Positions 61,901 through 64,000 of a DNA stretch of 64,000 bases are shown here, in pieces (positions within the stretch are counted from its first letter, which is position 1; every line of letters begins with the position of its first letter). A model generated the notes under the pieces. That model made no database searches, was not told the origin of the DNA, and worked only from the letters and a program-made list of their open reading frames with translations. The translations under genes and the position numbers were made by a program. The stretch comes from Macrostomum lignano. Lineage: Eukaryota. Location: the NCBI GenBank assembly GCA_002269645.1, contig NIVC01000903.1, forward strand, positions 396,459 through 460,458. The letters are read 5' to 3'.

Positions 61901-62199
61901 AATCGCAATAATTGACTGCAGAGATCTATCCACCTATAAGTTAATTATAAAAAATAAGCCAACATTAGACACTTTGCAATAGTTTTCTTGAACAAAGAAA
62001 CGAAATTCAACTTTAAAATAAATGCAATATATTTATGAACTAACGAGGCCAACTCCTACGTTGGCGGAGTAAGGGGATAGAACTCCCATCGCCAGAATTT
62101 CATTCCCTGAATCCAATGACACGAATCCCATCGTCCAAATCCTCTATTAACTTCCCAAAAACCATGTTGATTTACCTGTTTGCAAAAATTGACTGCCTG

Positions 62200-62720
62200 C
62201 CATCGTCCAGACTGAGACTCTCGTCTGTCTCCTCTCTCCTCTTTGCTCTCTCATCTCTCATCTCTCCTATCTCCTCTCTGCTCTCATCTCCTCGCTTATC
62301 TATCATTTCTCATCTCATCTCTACTCTCTTATCTCTCCTCTCTGCGCTCTCATATCTACGATCTCTTCTTTCTCGTCACTACTTTCTCCTCTCTACTTTT
62401 TCCTCTCTCCTCTTTTATCTCCCCTCTCCTCTCTCCCTTATCCTCTCGCTTCTCTCTCCTCTCTCTTACCTCATCTCTACTCATTTATCTTTTCTCTCTC
62501 GTCTTTCGGCTCTACTCCCTCCTGTCTCCTCTTTCTCCTCTCTTACCCCCTCTCCTCTGAATTCCCTCATCTCTTCTCTCGCCTTTATTCTCTTTTTCTT
62601 TTCTCTAATCTGTCCCTTTTAATTCTCTCTTTTCATGTTCTCTTTCATCTAATCTTTTATCTACTCTTGCCTTTTCTCTTTTCCCTTTCATTTAGCCATT
62701 TCATCTTCTCCATGAAACAG
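62200..62720. repeat. CT-rich low-complexity tract
   Basis: Polypyrimidine composition; source of the S/L-rich pseudo-ORFs. Confidence 0.85.
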
Positions 62721-63202
62721 ATATAATCAAAATCCTCTCAGTTAAACTGCAATCCAGCGTGTATCATCTCCTTCAAGCTACAATCCATCAATTTAAAAAA
62801 TACATAATCTCTATCAAATTTCAGTCAATCAAGACTATGAAACTGAAGTCTATAAAAATATGTTTTTTACTTGTCTGGGTATACGTCAGAGTCACAACAA
62901 GAGTCACAACAGTCGCCCCAGAGTCACCAGTGAGTTGTTTGCAATTACTCTTTTGTGATTACTGATTGACATTGTAAACTTTTCAATGGTATGTCCACGC
63001 AACAAGAGTTACTCTTTAGGTAAGCGTCAGTATACCGGTAGGCATCGCAAATTCTGTAAAAATACATGCATTTGGTTATAGATCAGCATGCTCCGTTTAA
63101 ACTACTTATCTAATCAGTAGCTTAAACGAATATTACTAAGCTTGAAAATTAACTAATAAACCAGGGAAACAACACCGAACAGTACTATTATTATTAGTAT
63201 TA

Positions 63203-63622
63203 CTACTGGGCAGGCAGGCGCCGAACCAGCAGTTCCGGATCAGTCGATTCGACAACAAACCGATCGAGTTCCGGCTCGGCGTCCGGATTAGCCATTGGCG
63301 GATTTTGACAGGCTACTTGAACCACCGCGTCCGGGATCTGGTTGAGGCTGGCCAGGGTCTGGCCGGACACCAGGCCGAGCTGGGCGGAGGTCAGGCCCAG
63401 CTGGTCAATCAGTTCAGAGTGGAAGCGGCGAAGGCGAAACATGGGCACCTCCATTGGCGGGCCGGGCTTGTCGAACAGTTGAATCTGTACAGATGTGGAT
63501 TGATTTGCAGTGTAGCTGGGCCGCTTGTGTGCTATTACAGATAGGCAAGCAGTCATTTGCCACTCAGCACTCAGCGAGCACTCGGATATACTTACAGGGT
63601 ATACGGGGTCTACGACTTTAGA
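63203..63622 (-). CDS. 3' end of an unidentified gene: 27-nt microexon 63622-63596 and terminal exon 63484-63203
   Basis: TTTTGTCTGTCAG|TCTAAAGTCGTAGACCCCGTATACCCT|GTAAGT (SKVVDPVYP, phase 0) joins TACAG|ATT CAA CTG ([31 protein letters not shown]...LVRRLPAQ*). GC-rich coding-like composition; family not recognised. Confidence 0.6.
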   Translation of the reverse strand, partial: SKVVDPVYPVSISECSLSAEWQMTACLSVIAHKRPSYTANQSTSVQIQLFDKPGPPMEVPMFRLRRFHSELIDQLGLTSAQLGLVSGQTLASLNQIPDAVVQVACQNPPMANPDAEPELDRFVVESTDPELLVRRLPAQ

Positions 63623-63659
63623 CTGACAGACAAAAATTCTGCTGCCACAAATTGACTTC

Positions 63660-64000
63660 CGACCCTAACCCTACCATGAACCCTAACCTAAACACTAACC
63701 CTAACCTAAACCCTAACATTAACCCTAACCTAAACTCTAACATGAACCCTAACCTAAACCCTACCATGAACCCTAACCTAAACCCTATCATGAACAATAA
63801 CCTAAACTCTAACATGAACCCTAACCTAAACCCTACCATGAACCCTAACCTAAACCCTATCATGAACAATAACCTAAACTCTAACATGAACCCTAACCTA
63901 AACACTAACCCAAACTAAACCCTAACCTAAACCCTACCATGAACCCTAACCTAAACCCTATCATGAACAATAACCTAAACTCTAACATGAACCCTAACCT
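63660..64000. repeat. Telomere-like (CCCTAA-derived) degenerate minisatellite, 24-bp unit with 72-bp higher-order repeat
   Basis: AACCCTAACCTAAACCCTACCATG / AACCCTAACCTAAACCCTATCATG / AACAATAACCTAAACTCTAACATG cycle; runs off the window. Confidence 0.9.

Noticed and set aside
63660-64000. True chromosome-end telomere
   Set aside because: Degenerate, has 24/72-bp structure, wrong strand polarity for a right end, and lies upstream of exons of a minus-strand gene.

Overview
Eukaryotic (animal) genomic DNA with short GT-AG introns, GC-rich exons and very dense minisatellites. The style is reminiscent of a flatworm such as Macrostomum, but that is an inference and the organism cannot be identified from this sequence. 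I reconstructed these genes by hand with phase-consistent splice junctions: an R-Ras/M-Ras-subfamily GTPase (+, 3 exons, P-loop exon not found), KSR (+, 4 exons), a cGMP-dependent protein kinase (-, 16 exons), an MPPE1/Cdc1-like metallophosphoesterase (-, 5 exons), an unidentified polyQ gene with a tandemly triplicated exon (-), and the last two exons of an unidentified gene (-). Mobile DNA: a LINE AP-endonuclease fragment, a decayed BEL/Pao LTR element, a ~7.6 kb non-autonomous Helitron packed with satellites, a mariner pseudo-element, a mariner-type MITE and small dispersed repeats. The most notable observations are: (1) nearly every long intron is a short intron plus its own private minisatellite abutting a splice site; (2) the Helitron carries two satellite modules with tRNA-like heads; (3) the LINE endonuclease has a ~100-aa in-frame Cys-containing insert and an upstream ubiquitin-like RLRGG motif, and is joined in frame to a host exon. 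No CRISPR, rRNA or intact tRNA was found. Most long ORFs in the supplied track are repeat artefacts. All coordinates were read by eye and may be off by a few bases, especially repeat boundaries.
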